NCBI RefSeq assembly: GCF_036971445.1
Contig: NC_091473.1
Location: forward strand, 206,460,001-206,524,000
DNA from: Narcine bancroftii
Lineage: Eukaryota
Direction: 5' to 3'
DNA length: 64,000 bases
Position 1 is the stretch's first letter, and every line of letters starts with the position of its first letter. The translations under genes and the position numbers were made by a program. The notes under the pieces are model-generated. The model saw nothing but the letters and a program-made list of their open reading frames with translations. It was not told the origin of the DNA and did no database searches. Shown here in pieces: positions 46,089 through 60,375 of the stretch.

Positions 46089-49000
46089 TTCTGTGTTTTA
46101 TCCGGGGTTCAGATCAGACTTTTATACTCGCCATGCTACCTCCATTTTCCCATTTAGACACATCATGACCTGCATAACAAAAGCGGGTTTCTCAAGCGTG
46201 GGTACCTTTCTTGCATAGGAAGAATGAATCACTTCTTCCTCGCATGCTATCCCTGACTGTTGGTTGTGCAGCAAAACCAGGGCCATTTTGGGGTCCATGG
46301 ACTATAAGCTGCCCTTGTCATCCGTACGCCGATTCGTTGGTTGGAGCCAGAGCCGCTGTGCAGTCTGATGTCCTTTACATATGCTCGCTGCGCGGAGAGT
46401 CGGCTTGCCACGACATGATCCCCCAGAATCGGTCGTTGTCTTTAGTGCTGGGAGACAAAGTCACTGCAGGCTTCGATGGTCTGTTTAACCAGTGTGCTGT
46501 TGGTGTATCAACCGGGCGAGCTGGATCCAAGTGTTCCTGTTCTTGGTTAAGACCTCTGTCTTGCCTACGACAACCAGTTCGAACATTGCCTCACTGTTAC
46601 AGATAACCTGGAACAGACCCTCGTATGAAATCTGCAGCAGTGGGCGATATGAACCGCTGCAAATGAAAACATACTCACAGTCCTGTTAGTCTTTTGGTAT
46701 GCTGGTCCTCGCATGTCCGTGCCTGGAAAGTGGAATCAGGGCCCGGTTGCCATCTTATTCCCTCAGTTTGCGGAGGAAAGCTGTTCTCGGTCTGGAGACG
46801 GTACAAATCCCCCCGGGACCACCAGTGGAGCTCCGTAAATGAGTACAGATGAAGATGTGTTGAATTCCTCCTTGGGTGTCATATGGATACCGAATAGTGC
46901 TCATGCTAGCTCATCCTCCCCGTGAGGTCCTTGAAGTCTGGTCATGAGTGCAGCCTTGAGGTGCCTGTGAAAGCGTTCCATCAACCAATTTGACTGTGGA
47001 TTATGTGGTGCAGCTAGGGGGCCCACAGGCTGATGAGGTCGGACCATAGGGTGGAAGTGAAATGGACCCCTCTGTCGGATGTGATGTAGGGTGATATTCC
47101 ATACCGTGCCACCCAGGACGATATGAGGGCCCTCGTAGATGAGGATTAGGACGCATCTGCTAGAGGGACAGCTTTTGGCAACCTGGTGAAGCGGACAACC
47201 ATCGTGAACAGTAGCATAAGCCCTGGGATACTGCTAAATGTCCTATCATGTTCAAGTTGATGTGGTCGAACATTCGTTCTGTGGGATCGAAGCGTGGAGG
47301 TGGTGTCTTGGTATGCCACTATACTTTGGTTGTTTGACTCTGCATGCATGCCTTTGCCCACCTGGTGACCTGTTTCTGCAATCCATGCCACCACATATTT
47401 GCTGGACACCAGCCTGACTGTGGTCCTCATGGACGAATGAGCCAGTCTGCAGATGGAATTGAAAACCTGACATCTCCAAGCGCCGGGGTGAGAGGTCTAA
47501 CCTGCTTGTTGGACACGTTGCACAGGAGGGTGCTGTTACCCGTGACGACTGGGATATCCTTGAGCTGTAGTCTCGATATGGCAGTCCTGTATTGGGGCAT
47601 CTCCTTGTCGCTCTGCTGCACTTCTGCTCCCCTGAATAGTGCATGGATATTTTGTCAGGACAGTGCGAGGCCACGATATTTTCCTTTAAAGAGTCGTGCC
47701 TTAAATCTGTGGTGTACTCTGACATGTAAGACAGGTGTCACTGTGGTGGGATGACGAGGGGTCCAAGATTATAGCCAAGTCGAAAGGTTGGGGCTTGTGA
47801 TTTGCGAAGGCCATGAAAGACCTGCCCTCTAAGAAGTACCCAAACTGGTGGATGGCTAGGTATCTTGCCAGTAACTCTCTGTCGAAATCGCTGTTCTTCA
47901 TTTTCGGAGGCTGCAGGTAATTGCTGAAGGAAGTCAGCGGCTGCCAACTTCCTTCAATATGCTGCTCCAGAACTCCACCCATCGCAATTCCTGAGGCATC
48001 CACAATCAGGGACGTTGGAGCATTTTCCCTGGGGTGTGCCAGATGTTTGGCGTCCTTTGCCTTCACTAAAGCCTCTGCTGACTCCTATCTCCATGTGATG
48101 TCTTTCACCTTGCTTGCCATGTGCACAAACAAGCGAGGCATGATCTAGGCAGCGGAGGGGATGAACCTGTGGTAGAATTTGATCATCCCCAAGAAGTCAT
48201 GTAGTCCTTTGGAGGTGCTCAATCAAAGTGATTTATAGATGGCCTCGACTCTGCTTACACTGGTTACCTGTGGCCCATGCACTCGTTGGCCCCCAATCCG
48301 AAATTTAATTTGGCTAGGTTGATCGAAATGGCGAAGTCGCTCGGTTGGGTATAGAGGTTGAAGAGGTTCTTCATGTGTTCTTGGTCGCCACAATGATTTC
48401 ATTCAGGTACACGAAGGTGCCATCTATGTCTTAGTCCACTCCATACATTAGTTGCTGGAAGTTCTATGTGGCATTCTTCAGCCTGAACAGCATTTGAAGG
48501 ACATCGAACAGGACAAAGAGGGTGATGATGGTGGTCTTGGGGATTATCATCAAGGTGCACCAGGATCTATTCATATTCCCGCACGAGATCCACGTTAGAA
48601 AAGATCTTTTCCCTGTGCAGGTTATTGGCAAAGTCTTGGATGTGCACCTCACAGTATCGATCCCATGTTGTGGACTCATTGAGCTGGCAGTAGTTGCCAC
48701 ATGGTGTTCAGCCCCCTGTTGCTTTGGGCACCATATTCAGGGGAGAAGCCTATGTGCTTCCTGACCGAAGTTCAATGCCAAGCTCCTTCAGATTATTGAA
48801 TTCTCCTATCGCCAGCTGGAGCTTCTGTGAGGGAAGGCATCTTGCCCTTGCATTGAGCAGAGTGCACTGGGTCAGGATGTGGTGCTGCGCTCCATTCCGG
48901 GGCATCACCGTGATGAATTTGGGGGGGGGGGGTGGGGGGAGCAGTGCAAGGAACTTAACCAGGACCTTGGCCTATTTGTCATTTGATCGCTGCATGGAGT

Positions 49001-50430
49001 CCACGTGGAGTATTGGGAACTTTGCATCTTTGAGGGGGAAGTTTGGAAAATTTTGGCGTGGACCAGTCTCCGACCTGTAAGGTCCAGGAACAAGCTATGT
49101 TTGCGCGGAAATCTGCCCCGAGGAGTGGATGTTGCACTGCGGCCAACCTGAACATCTATAAGAAAAGGGCTGCTTCCCAACTGCAGTTAGAACTTGTGGG
49201 TACCATAGGTCCAGATCGTGTTGCTGTTAGGTGCTATCAGCGTGGGGCCCGGCTGCCAGTTCCTGGTATCGTGTTTCGACAGAGAGGACGCTAACCATCG
49301 CTCCTGTGTATTCGAGGAACCGTTGTCCGGACTGGTGGTCCCAAACGTACAAGAGACTGTCTTGTTAACTAGCCGTCATGGCCATTTCTGACGGCTGGTC
49401 CCGGCGTTTCCCTAGATTTTGCATGGCGGGCTGCACCGGTGGTCCCTGGAGCTCACTCGCTGCTTGTAGAAGAACTATTGGTCGTTAGGTTCGCCTCCTC
49501 GGTGGTCCTGTGGTTGTAACAGCAGTTCTACATGGAACTGGCTGCGACTTTCTGGGGGTCGGTGAAGTCAGCATCTGCCAGGAGCAGTTCGACGTCCTCG
49601 GGCAGTTGCTCAAGTCATGCCTACTTGAACATGATGCAGGGTAAATGTTTACCCAGGAGGGCCAGTATTTCGTTCATGAAAGCTGAGGGGAGCCTGTCCC
49701 TTAGCCCATTAAGGTAGAGCAGAGGTGCTCTTCCCTCATGCCGGGAGAGCCCGAAGATTTCGATAAGCAAGTCCTTGAATGCAGTGTATGCTCCTTTCGT
49801 TGTGGGATCCTGGATGAGGTTTCCCGCTCGGTCTGACGTCTCCTGGTACAGGCCGCTCATTATGTGGTGGTACCGGCTGGACTCTGCTGTGTTCTGACAG
49901 ATCCGGGATTGTGCATCAGCCTGGTCAAATCACACGCGTGGTTGATTCTTCTAGAAGGTCGGCATTTGAGAGCGACTGTGTGGAATGCTGCCAGTTCACT
50001 TATCATGGGGTTTATATTCGATCTAAACCGTCAGGTCTCCATTATTGGTTGCGTGCTACTGGATGGAAGACGCACACATAGACGGTTGTCAGGTTAAGCT
50101 CTGTGTTTCATTGGACTCAGACCCGTCTTTTATACGCCCTGTGTTCCAGCCTTTTCCCCCTTTACTTACATCATGACCTCCATAGCAGAAGCGGATTTCC
50201 CGCGCGCGGGTATCTTCTTGCATAATAATCCCTTCTTCCCCGCGCGCTGTCCCTGACTGTTGGCTATGCAGCAAGACCAGTGCCATTTTGGGGTCACGAG
50301 CCTTTAAGGTGCCCTCGCCATCTGCCCGCCAGTTCAGTTGTTCGGGCCAGTGCCGCTGCACAGGCCCTTAGTTGTATTCGCTGCCAAGATCCCCGGCTTG
50401 ATCGCCACGGAGGCCTGCCGCCACTGTATG
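46089..50430 (-). mobile_element. Decayed Ty3/gypsy LTR retrotransposon
   Basis: Gag (GLRDRLPSAFMNE), RT (FRLKNA), RNaseH (VDASG..SDFDRELLA), integrase remnants; Trp-like PBS TGGAGACCTGACG ~50028-50041; diverged LTR-like repeats ~46089-46414 and ~50044-50430. Confidence 0.85.
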
Positions 50431-51929
50431 TAAAGGCTACAGTGCGCCAGTGACCAATGGTAACGTTCTGCGAGCTGCAGAACCTATGTTAAATACTCCT
50501 TTAAAATACTCACCTTCCCAGCTGCTTTCGTTATAATCAATCATACCTTGATAAAATGTTCAAGCATGAATTTTCGGTTATGTTTTTTTTTTCCTTTGCT
50601 ATATAAAGGACACTGTTTGAACTGCTGAGTTTCACCAACATTGTGTTTTGCTTTTTAATTCATCGCATTCTGATTTTTATGAGGTCAGAAATATGGAAAC
50701 CACAGCGCCATATAGAGTTACGGCCTCGGGTAACGCACAGAGACATTTCATGGAAATGGACAATTCTCTTCATTACTTCCAAGATGACTGTTTCCAATCC
50801 ACCAGCACTCATCTTGCATTCATTCGATTTTTTTAATAATTTCCGCATTCCCATGAAGCACGTCAAATCTACCCCTCGAACTACATGACTGTGGCAATCG
50901 ATCGTGACCTATTCACTGTATATCGGTGCACGCGACAATATAAAATTCAATTCAGTAACTTCACCTGAGTATATTCATCGATGGAAGATCGTAGGTCATG
51001 GCCACCTATTTACAAATGTGCAGGTGGACAATAAATATTACCTTATTTTCCTTAAAAGAATAATATTCATAATTGTACACGGATTCCTTTTAAAAAATGC
51101 ACTGAAATATAAATTAAATTTATCAATTAATTAAAAAAAAATAAAATGCTATTTTTTCTAGTCCCAGATCACCAACATTGATTGGGGTAGTTTTTTTTTA
51201 TATATATATGATTTGATTAGTTCAACTTTATTTTTCAAACGTGGCGAAAATAATGATTGTTAATGCCAGAAAACCTGTCTGCTTCAATTCTGTCAGTTAA
51301 ACAGAATGCATTACCGCGATCTCTGGTGGGATATCTTCCTGTTTCTCGAAATATCAGGGGTATTTATTAAATATCTTTTTATAATTTCTTACTTTCTAAA
51401 GATCTGTAGTCACATTGGAAGGACTGGCCTGTTTACGGAGTTGTATGCATGCAATTTGTTCAGTTAGCTCCATCTTGTGATGTTTTTGTTGTAATTTAAA
51501 TCGCGATTGCTGTGATGGCAGTGCTTTAAATCTTGTTTCATACATATGACAGTCTCAGTTTTTTTAAAGTTTATTTATTCGTTCAAAAAACAAATAATAT
51601 ATGACATATACAGAAATTAAACATGAACATGTGTGTGTGTGTATAAATTAATATATTTGTATTTATTTATTTATATCTATTCTTTCTTTCTTCTTCTTTG
51701 GCTTGCCTTCACAGACGAAGATTTATGGAGGGGTAATGTCCACGTCAGCTGCAGGCTCATTTGTGGCTGACAAGTCCGATGCGGGACAGGCGGACACAGT
51801 TGCAACGGTTGCAAGGGAAAATTGGTTTGTTGGGGTTGGGTGTTGGGTTTTTCCTCCTTTGATTTATATAAACAAAAGAAAAGAACCTTCTCCCCCCCCC
51901 CCCCCTTCAGCTAATTCCCTTAAGGAGAG

Positions 51930-52925
51930 CCATATAAAAAAATAGAAAAAATAATATTTAAAAAAGAGTTAAACATACATATTAAAATCTAATCAATATA
52001 AATTGAATGGTAAATATTCCGTATAAAAGCCACTTATCAATAAAAAATATATAATTATCATGCGAATCATACGTAATTTCTTTCATTATTAAACAATATT
52101 ACATCTCATTATGCCATCTAATAATATCAATCATATTTGTATATTTCCACGTACTAGCAATATATTTGTTCGCTATGGATAAAGCTAAATCTACAAAAGC
52201 AAGCTGAAACCTATCTAATCCCAAGCCTTTCAGTGGTTCCAAAGTACCCAATAAAAATACTGTTGGATCTAAAACTGTTTTAATATTATACAGATATTCT
52301 AAAAACAATTGAATTTTCTTCCAAAAAAGATTGTATGTGTATACATGACCAAACAGCATGAAAAATGTACCAACCGTATCACCACATCTTCAAAACAAAT
52401 CTGATTCATTAAAATCATATTTTGTTTAAAATTTTTGAGGTGTCAAATAAAATTGATGTAAAATATTTCAATTAATCATTGCATAACGTGCATTTATCAA
52501 TCTAGTTACACTATCATAACAGATATCTAACCACTCCCCTTCAGAAAAAGTAAAACCAATATCTGCTTCCCATTTAATTCTAGATCTATCCCAACACTTT
52601 TTATCCATACCATCCTGCAATATTAGATACATAAATGAAATATAACCCTTCCCTGGTACCTTCATAAGAGAAGACTCGAATTTAGTCATTTTAGGTAAAA
52701 TAATATCTCTACCAAACATACATTTTACCAAAGATCGAATTTGATAATAAAGAAATGAATAATTCTTATCATTACCAAAATCTTCCCTCATCTGATTAAA
52801 AGATAAAAATTTACCCTCTTTAAAACAATCTCCCAAATTTGTCACACCTTTAAATAAACTGATTATGTATTGAAAAAGAAATAAGTTGATTATTACACAA
52901 CGGAGTCAAAGCCAATAATTTACTA
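51930..52925 (-). mobile_element. L1-clade ORF2 3' fragment
   Basis: ORFs 52468-52845 and 52099-52359 closely resemble ORF 9085-9675 and its downstream region. Confidence 0.85.
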
Positions 52926-53364
52926 CAATCTGTCTCAGTTGATGTGCGCTTACAGGTGGCTTTTTTTACATGTGACGTGTATTTCATCTATTTATCCTTC
53001 ACAAATTATAGCAGAAAATCTGCTATAACATAATTTGGAGGAATTCGGAAACAAGAGAGACACACAAATACATTCATAAAAACAGGTTCCACGTGATTTT
53101 TTTTTGCAGCTGAGGGATTTCTTCTTTTCCAAAAAAAATGTTCGACAACCACAAATGTTCAGCAGTGCATCACAGGTGCATCATCTATTATTGCAAATGT
53201 AGAGATTCAAGAGATATATTTGGCATCGAGCATCATGAAAACCATCAGTGCACCTGTAGCTAGAGCCCGGTTGACATGCTAGAAAATTATTTGAACGGCA
53301 GAAAACCGCAGATATCAGAGTGCAAAGCTTACACAAGGATTCAGCGGATCTGCATGGCACAGCG

Positions 53365-53403
53365 AGTTTCTGTATGAGTGCGTGATCGGTTTGCCTCATT
53401 GTG
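53365..53403 (-). promoter_or_regulatory. 23-RSS of TCR V
   Basis: CACAATG, 23 nt, ACAGAAACT. Confidence 0.92.
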
Positions 53404-53710
53404 CGTCGCAATGCGCAGTAATAACTGGCAGAATCGTTGAGCACCAGTCCTGCGATATGCAAACTGATGAATTTAGTCATAGTTTGGAGTTCAGCGGTGA
53501 AACGAAGTGAGGCGAATTCTGCTTTTCCTTCAAAATTATCGCTGTCCTTCCACAGAATATACTGAAGCAGTGTGCCTGGTTGTTGACGATACCAGAATAA
53601 GCTACAGCTATCCGAGTTGATATTATAGGCACACTTTAAGGTCACGGATTCTCCTTCAGCCTTTAATTCTGACGACATCAAGTGTGTGACTGATTCTCCA
53701 TCGCAGTGGT
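53404..53710 (-). CDS. TCR alpha/delta V exon, apparently functional
   Basis: ESVT..EGESVTLKCAY..LFWYRQQPG..LQYIL..DSASYYCALR; acceptor TTTGCAG; 23-RSS. Confidence 0.93.
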
Positions 53711-53819
53711 CTGCAAAAGAAATTAAAGAGGAAACTATCAAACAGGCGAGATTAGAATTTTCGGATCATAAAATGTTTCAAAGGAGTGGGAAAATGTAAT
53801 ATGTTTTCTGCATAATTAC

Positions 53820-53865
53820 CCCTCAGATGTGCTCCCCACACAATGCAAATGATGAAGATTCGCAT
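53820..53865 (-). CDS. Leader exon of TCR V
   Basis: MRIFIICIVWGAHLR + phase-1 donor GTAATT, 109-nt intron, in frame with V exon. Confidence 0.88.
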
Positions 53866-54739
53866 TGCGTCTGTTGTTTCCGTAAAAGCTATGTTGGAGT
53901 TGTAAATTGTTGCATCCTGATGCTCCTCCCATGTAATGTTATGTCTAAAAACACTAAGGTCTCTCCTCCCGGCTTATTGTCGCATTTTGCCATGATAGCT
54001 GCGTGTGGGCAGCAGTAGATAAGTTAACAGAACCGCCCTTACTCTCCTTATGTCCCACCGTCATCTGAATGGGTGAAAATAAAAACGTCGTATGGGTAGT
54101 TTTTCCCAAGGAATTCTGGAGTTTTCAAATGGCCATAACCTGTAAATAACCAACGGTAAGGAAACTGCTGAATTTCCATTGAAGTGGAATGAGAGATGAA
54201 GGTTGGCTGCGGTTAAAAGTCCATTAAATAGAAATATAAATAACTGCTAAGAATTCTCATTGATTGACACGAATCCATTCATCCTCGGAAGTGACTGCTC
54301 TTAGGAGGCCCAGCGACTCACCGCTGTTCCAATCAATCTTGCCAAAATCTGAAGAAAATATGACTCAGTATTCAAGAGGACGAACAACAGCCTCACTACT
54401 GGAGTAAATACTGATATTAACATTATTTTTCGAATGTTCCTTTCGCAATTAAGCTTAATTCTGAATTATGCGACACTTGCTTTTACTTTTCCAGTTCTAG
54501 TATTATTTTGTCTGTTTAGATTTCTGCCGTTTTTGGTTGTATCGTTTCTCTTCTGTTTTACCTAATCGAGATTACACTTTGACGAATTGTTTTCCTTTTG
54601 CTTTTTTGACCTTTTTTTTTTATTCGTTCTGATTCAAAAAAATCGACTAAAGAGTTAAATTTGATTCTCTATCCTCTGAAACACTTCGCTTGCTATGGTT
54701 ATCACAAACTCGCCTCTTTAGTACGAAATCATTCGCCTC

Positions 54740-57620
54740 TACAAGGAAAATTGAAGCAGACGTCCAGAACGATATGGACATGCCATTGTGAACTGGTATT
54801 CATAAAGAAAAGCTGGTTAAAAGAGAGGCTGCGCTAGACCCTCAACATTCCATGGTACACGCTTATGGAGAGTCAAAAGGAGATAAAGAATTAGAGAGTA
54901 TTTATCAAAGTCGATCGCACAGTAGTGGTATGAGCTGTCATTAGAGATGGGTCAGCCACTGAGGCTCTGCGGGTAGCGACGAAAAGCAGGAAAGACATGA
55001 TCACCTTGACGGGAGTGCTCCACAGAAAACCAAATAATCAAATTAATTTAGAGGAGCGAACATGCCAGGAGATCGCAGGCAATGTTATGTAAAATTATAT
55101 AGTCATATCAAATGATATTACCCTTTCCAAACATTACCTGGGAATGAGATGCAAGTCAACATAGTGGCGATAAATATTTTTTTTATAATCCTGTAATACA
55201 AAACTCCTCTATATTTTGAGCATAAATTAACCTCTCGTCTTTTGCAATCTTAACCCCACGAAGGGTTCATTTGTCAGTCCCTGTGACGATAGGAAACACA
55301 CCATATAGTTGACAATATCCTATGTGGTATACTGATTAGATATTGTTCATCTAACAATATTTATAAACAATATAGACGATGTTGTGACCGTTACATCTGG
55401 AGCAATGGCAAAATTTGCTGAAACAGGTACTGGGGTTTAGGTGTTTCAAACGAATAGATTTGGAAGTAGAAAAGGGGAGGGGTAAAACCTCGGCTATATA
55501 AATGGAAGACGCTGCAGAGGAAGTGTTCACTGAGTCGGTATGCATGGAAGGCAGAAATAGGAATGTAGCTATATCTGTGCTGGGGGTTGTCTCCATTCCC
55601 TCTAATAGTCCTTTGGACATCGAGGAGCAGAAAACAGGCAGATTTTGCAGTTTTGTGGAAAATATCAAGGTTGTAATTATCGGTAATTTCAACTTGTCAG
55701 GTGTGCACAAGAAGTATTCTTGACAAAGTATGTGTAGCGGCCGACTAGAAGAGATGGCATAATGGATTTGGTCGTAGGAAAATAACTTGGTCAGGTGGCG
55801 GGCCTCTCAGCGTGGGAGTATTTTGGCGAAAGTAGCCACAACTCCCTTAGTTTTAACATAGGTATGGAAAAGGATAAGAACAGTCAAACTGGCAATGTGC
55901 TTAACTGTGGAAGGGCTAATTATGAAGGGATGAGGGAAGAACTAGCGAGAATAAATTGGAAACAGATATTTTAGGGTAAAATGCGGGAGTAAAGTGAAGG
56001 AGGTTTAGGGACCAATGGAGCAGTTTCAAAATGCGTTCGTCCCATTGGGACAATGAAAGCAATGGTGGCAAAAAGGAACTGTGGCTGTCGAAACAGGTGA
56101 AGCAACTAGACGAGAGGAAGAAGGAAAATACATTATATGTAGGATGCCGGAAACAGGAAGGGCTCGTGAGTGATATATGGTAGCCAGGAATAAGCTTAAG
56201 AAAGGATTTAGAAATTATCAAAGGTGGGGGTTGGCGTGAGAAATGCTTGGAAGTTTGAATTAAGGATAAACATAAACGATTGTATCTGGTTGTGAAGAAC
56301 AGAAGGATGACGAAAATGAACGTGGGGCCGGTAAAGGATAAAAGAGGCATCATGTTCCTGGAGGATTAGGAGGTCTGAGAGGTCATAAATAAATGGCTTT
56401 CATGAGTATGCACAACAGAAAAGGAATTCGATCAGGATGAGATCGAAATTAAACATGCCTGCACACCAGACAACATGGAGATTAACGATATGGAAGACTT
56501 TGATCTTCGTAAAAACATCTATTGATATGTCCCCGGGGCCGGACAAAATATACTGAAAGCTGTTATGGAAAGTGAGAGAATACATACCTATGGCAGGATC
56601 TCTGATATTTGAATCCGCTTTGGCCATGGGAGAAGTGCCAAAGGATTGGAGAATGGCAAATGCAGTAATTTTTTTTAATGTTAATTGGGAGAATCCTAGA
56701 CAGGTAAGTCTTCCAGAACACTTATGGAGAGGACTCCAAAGGATAGGATCTAAGAGAATCTGGAGAAGTACAGTCTATCAAAGAAAGTTAGCATTATTGT
56801 TTTTGAAAGGATGTTCATGCCTCACGAATCTAATTGAGTTTTTGAGGAGATAGCAAAACAAAACAATGAGGGTAGGGCGGTAGATGTGGACTACATGGAT
56901 TTTCGCAAGAAATGTCCTTCACGATAGACTCTCCAAGAGAATCATGAGGCACAAAGGTTGGCTGTGTGTGTTAAAATTGGGTGATAGCAACAAAGCACAA
57001 AGTAGTATTGGAAGGAAAATATGTTGCCTGGAGGTCAGTGATTAATGGAATGCAGCAATGATCTGTTGTGGAACTCCCTGATGTTTGTGACTTTTATAAA
57101 TGAACTGGATAAAGAGACTGAAGCACAAGTCAGTCAGTCTGCAGATTACAAAAAGGGTAGAGGAGTTGTAGATTGAGCAAAGGTTGTCAAAAGAGGATAT
57201 AGACAGGGTGCAGAGTTGGGAAGAAAAGTGTCAGTACGATTACAATCTGCATAAGTGTGAGGTGAAGCATTTTGTAAAGACAAACCAGAAGGCTGAGTAC
57301 AGGTTAGATGAACAGAGTGAACTTCTTGTTTAAATTCATACACCCCTCAATGTCACTGCAGAGGTTTATAGGATGGGTAAGAAGGCCTATTGGATGTTGA
57401 GATTCATTATTAGAGGAACTGATTTCAGCAGTAGCAAGGTCATTATCAAAAATCTACAAATTGCTGGTAAAACCACAATGAGAGTATTGTGTTCTGATCT
57501 GGTCACCTGATTATAGGAAGGATATAGAAGCTATGGAGAAGGGGAAGAGTCGATTTACAAAGATGTTTTTGGGATTGTTCAACAAGTCTTATGAGGCCAG
57601 ATTAGCGGAATTGGGACTGA
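54740..57620 (+). mobile_element. Heavily decayed CR1-type LINE ORF2 (two endonuclease-region pieces, RT)
   Basis: VIIGNFN, SPGPDKIY, EVPKDWRMANA, SCLTNLIEF, YMDFRK remnants. Confidence 0.75.
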
Positions 57621-57779
57621 ACTGTTCAGTACATTTATATTTTTTTACAGAATGAAGACGGAAGATATGGGTTGGCACATCTATGGTCCAAACCCCGGGA
57701 TGTACCATATTTTTTTGTGTATTGTATCATGGGAAAACTTGCATAAAAAACTGCATTAAGGCAAAATACACGAAGGAGA

Positions 57780-58290
57780 TTGAAATCCTAGGTCAATGGT
57801 GTACCAACAACAAACTCGCATTCAATGTCATCAAAAGCATGGAGCTCTGTGGAGTTTGGTGAGCGACACCGGAGCTATACATTCCTATGATAATTGGGAT
57901 TTCAGAGTAGGACAGGTGGAGGAAATTTAAATTCCTGTAAGCCACTGTTTCCTGGGCCAATTCACACATGTCATTTTGCAGAAAACACGTCAGCACCTTT
58001 TCATTCTTAGGAGTTTGTCCAAGATTGAACTGACCTAGAAACCTTGGATATCTTCTGCAGATGGATATTGGAAAGTGGGATTGCTGGCAGCATCAGAACC
58101 AATGCCTCTGCGAATAACGCCATGCCATTGATAGATAATGCAGTACAATACCTCACAGGCAACAACCTCACCAGCATAGAGAAAGTTTGCATGAAACGAT
58201 GCTGCTGGAGAAAATCAGCAATCATCAAGGATTCATACTACCGAGGACATGCTTGGGTCTAATTACTTTATCAGGAATCTGCAAAAGCAG
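57780..58290 (+). mobile_element. Rex1/Babar-like LINE fragment
   Basis: FKFL, ILESGIAGSI, SAIIKDSYY remnants, same type as 45150-45625. Confidence 0.45.
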
Positions 58291-59865
58291 TTAGACGTCT
58301 AAATAACAAGGTGGCATAGGAAGGAGAGAACAAATGAGAAGACGGATTAAGAAGAAATGGAAGAAGAGATCGGATCAAGAGGAAACAATGTGGAGGCCAT
58401 AGGTGGAGAGCTGAAAGTAGGAGGAAAGTGCAGAGGGGTATGAATGACTTCCCTATCATAGAAAAGCGATAGGTTACGTGGAGCTGGTGGAACGGTGATA
58501 GTAGTATATGGATAGATGTGCACTGGGACGAATTTAACGGAAATCGGAGGTCAATTCTAATGTTGTCTGGTTGTAAATCGCTTCCACGTGCCTCATCCTT
58601 ATATCGGAGCGAAATACTGGTATTTAAATTTACAATATCCGCTCACATTTGACATTACGCTGCAGTATCAGAATGTCTACACAGGATTGGTGCCGTAGGT
58701 TCCTCCCATGTCTATTTCTGGGTAAAATCAGTTCTTTGGAAGTTCAATTAATTAAACAGCACTCAATATCGCCAATGCAAAAATGTACATCGAGAAAAGC
58801 AAGAAAACAAACAAAAAAACAAACAAAATTTCGATTTCAAACATGAAAATGTCTCGAAGCACCAATGTGCTCTTTGAAAATCGGACACCTGTGAATGAGT
58901 GCGATCTATTAATGCAAAGGTGGAGGAAACGTTGAAGGAAACGATGAGTTGAAAGAACTTCACAAGCACAACTTAAATGAAAAGTAAGTAGATACATAAT
59001 TAGACGCCGCCCCTCATGCCTGACGTGACCCTTCAACAATGGGAGGCATTGGGCCTGTGACCTGTGTTTGAATCCGACTCTTCCTATAAAGAGTTTGTAC
59101 CTTCTTCCTTTGTCTGCATGGGTTTTGCCCAGGTGCTTCAATTTCCTCAAATCTATTACGACCTCCTGTTTTAGTAAAATGTGTTTATCATTGTAAGTTT
59201 GAGTGTAGACAGGAGGGACTGAATGGACACAGATAACCTTTTACATTTTGCAAAAGCTCAAAACAAGTAACAGTCCAGCAATGGTAAGGTACATTGGAAA
59301 AAATGAGGCAAGGATTGTTACTGTCCGCTCCAGAATTCGATACATGTGCAACGACATAGCGATTTTGCAAAAGGAGAATAAATCTGACTGCTGAAGAAAA
59401 AGCAGCTTTTGAACCAGATAGAGTGGCCAGCTATTTTGTGGAATTCAGAATAACCAGGCCTTTTCGATGGTTAGACCTCTGCCATGAGGCTCTTTTGGGA
59501 AGCAAATTGCTTCATTTTGATTGTGACTAATAGTGAAAGTCACTTGGAATGACTACTTCATCTTAAATGTGGCTAGCAGTGAAGCTACTTGGAGAAACCG
59601 GTGCTGGGTCTTGGAAGCTTCATCGAGGTTACCCAGTTTGTGGCTTGCCTACCGAAGGACTGGCAGTGTTATTACCGCAGCTCACGTGGATAGACATTTC
59701 TTCAAAGGTAATGCGTCTTTAGCAGCTACAAATCAAGTCTTCCCATCATTTCACAATTAATTCTGGACATGAAATTTCAAAGGCCTACGCTTCAAAACTG
59801 AATTTAAAAGAGCGACCTTTTTAAGTAACTTTCTAGAATGTGGCATGGAGTGTAATTGTTTGGAC

Positions 59866-59922
59866 ACACACACACACAAGCACGCACACACGCACACACT
59901 CACAAACACATGTACACACTCA
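59866..59922. repeat. Imperfect (CA)n microsatellite
   Basis: Visible CA runs. Confidence 0.85.
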
Positions 59923-60220
59923 CCTGCATATGGCTGGCAATAGATTTACTGTTAAAGAGAGTTTATGAGTTAAGACGATAGCTTAAGAGTAAAAAATACA
60001 ATTAGTATTTTAAAATTAAATGCAATCTGGTTCATTCTCTATTGCTGCCGTTATGCCCAGTCCTAAAAAATTGAAGGCTGATGGTCGGGATTTTTATCAC
60101 ATTTGAAGCTAATTGAAGCTTCACCAAATTTAGAAACTTGTATTGTATGTGCTACGGAAAGCAGCACAGTATTGGAAGCTTTGCGATCGACAAAATTTCG
60201 AATGGGTGTTTAATCAGCAG

Positions 60221-60375
60221 NNNNNNNNNNNNNNNNNNNNNNNNNNNNNNNNNNNNNNNNNNNNNNNNNNNNNNNNNNNNNNNNNNNNNNNNNNNNNNNN
60301 NNNNNNNNNNNNNNNNNNNNNNNNNNNNNNNNNNNNNNNNNNNNNNNNNNNNNNNNNNNNNNNNNNNNNNNNNNN
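60221..60375. other. Assembly gap
   Basis: N run. Confidence 1.

Noticed and set aside
50600-50950. Unique stretch with CACAGCG and short ORFs, considered as a V or J relic
   Set aside because: No nonamer at 12 or 23 spacing and no Ig-domain or J motif.
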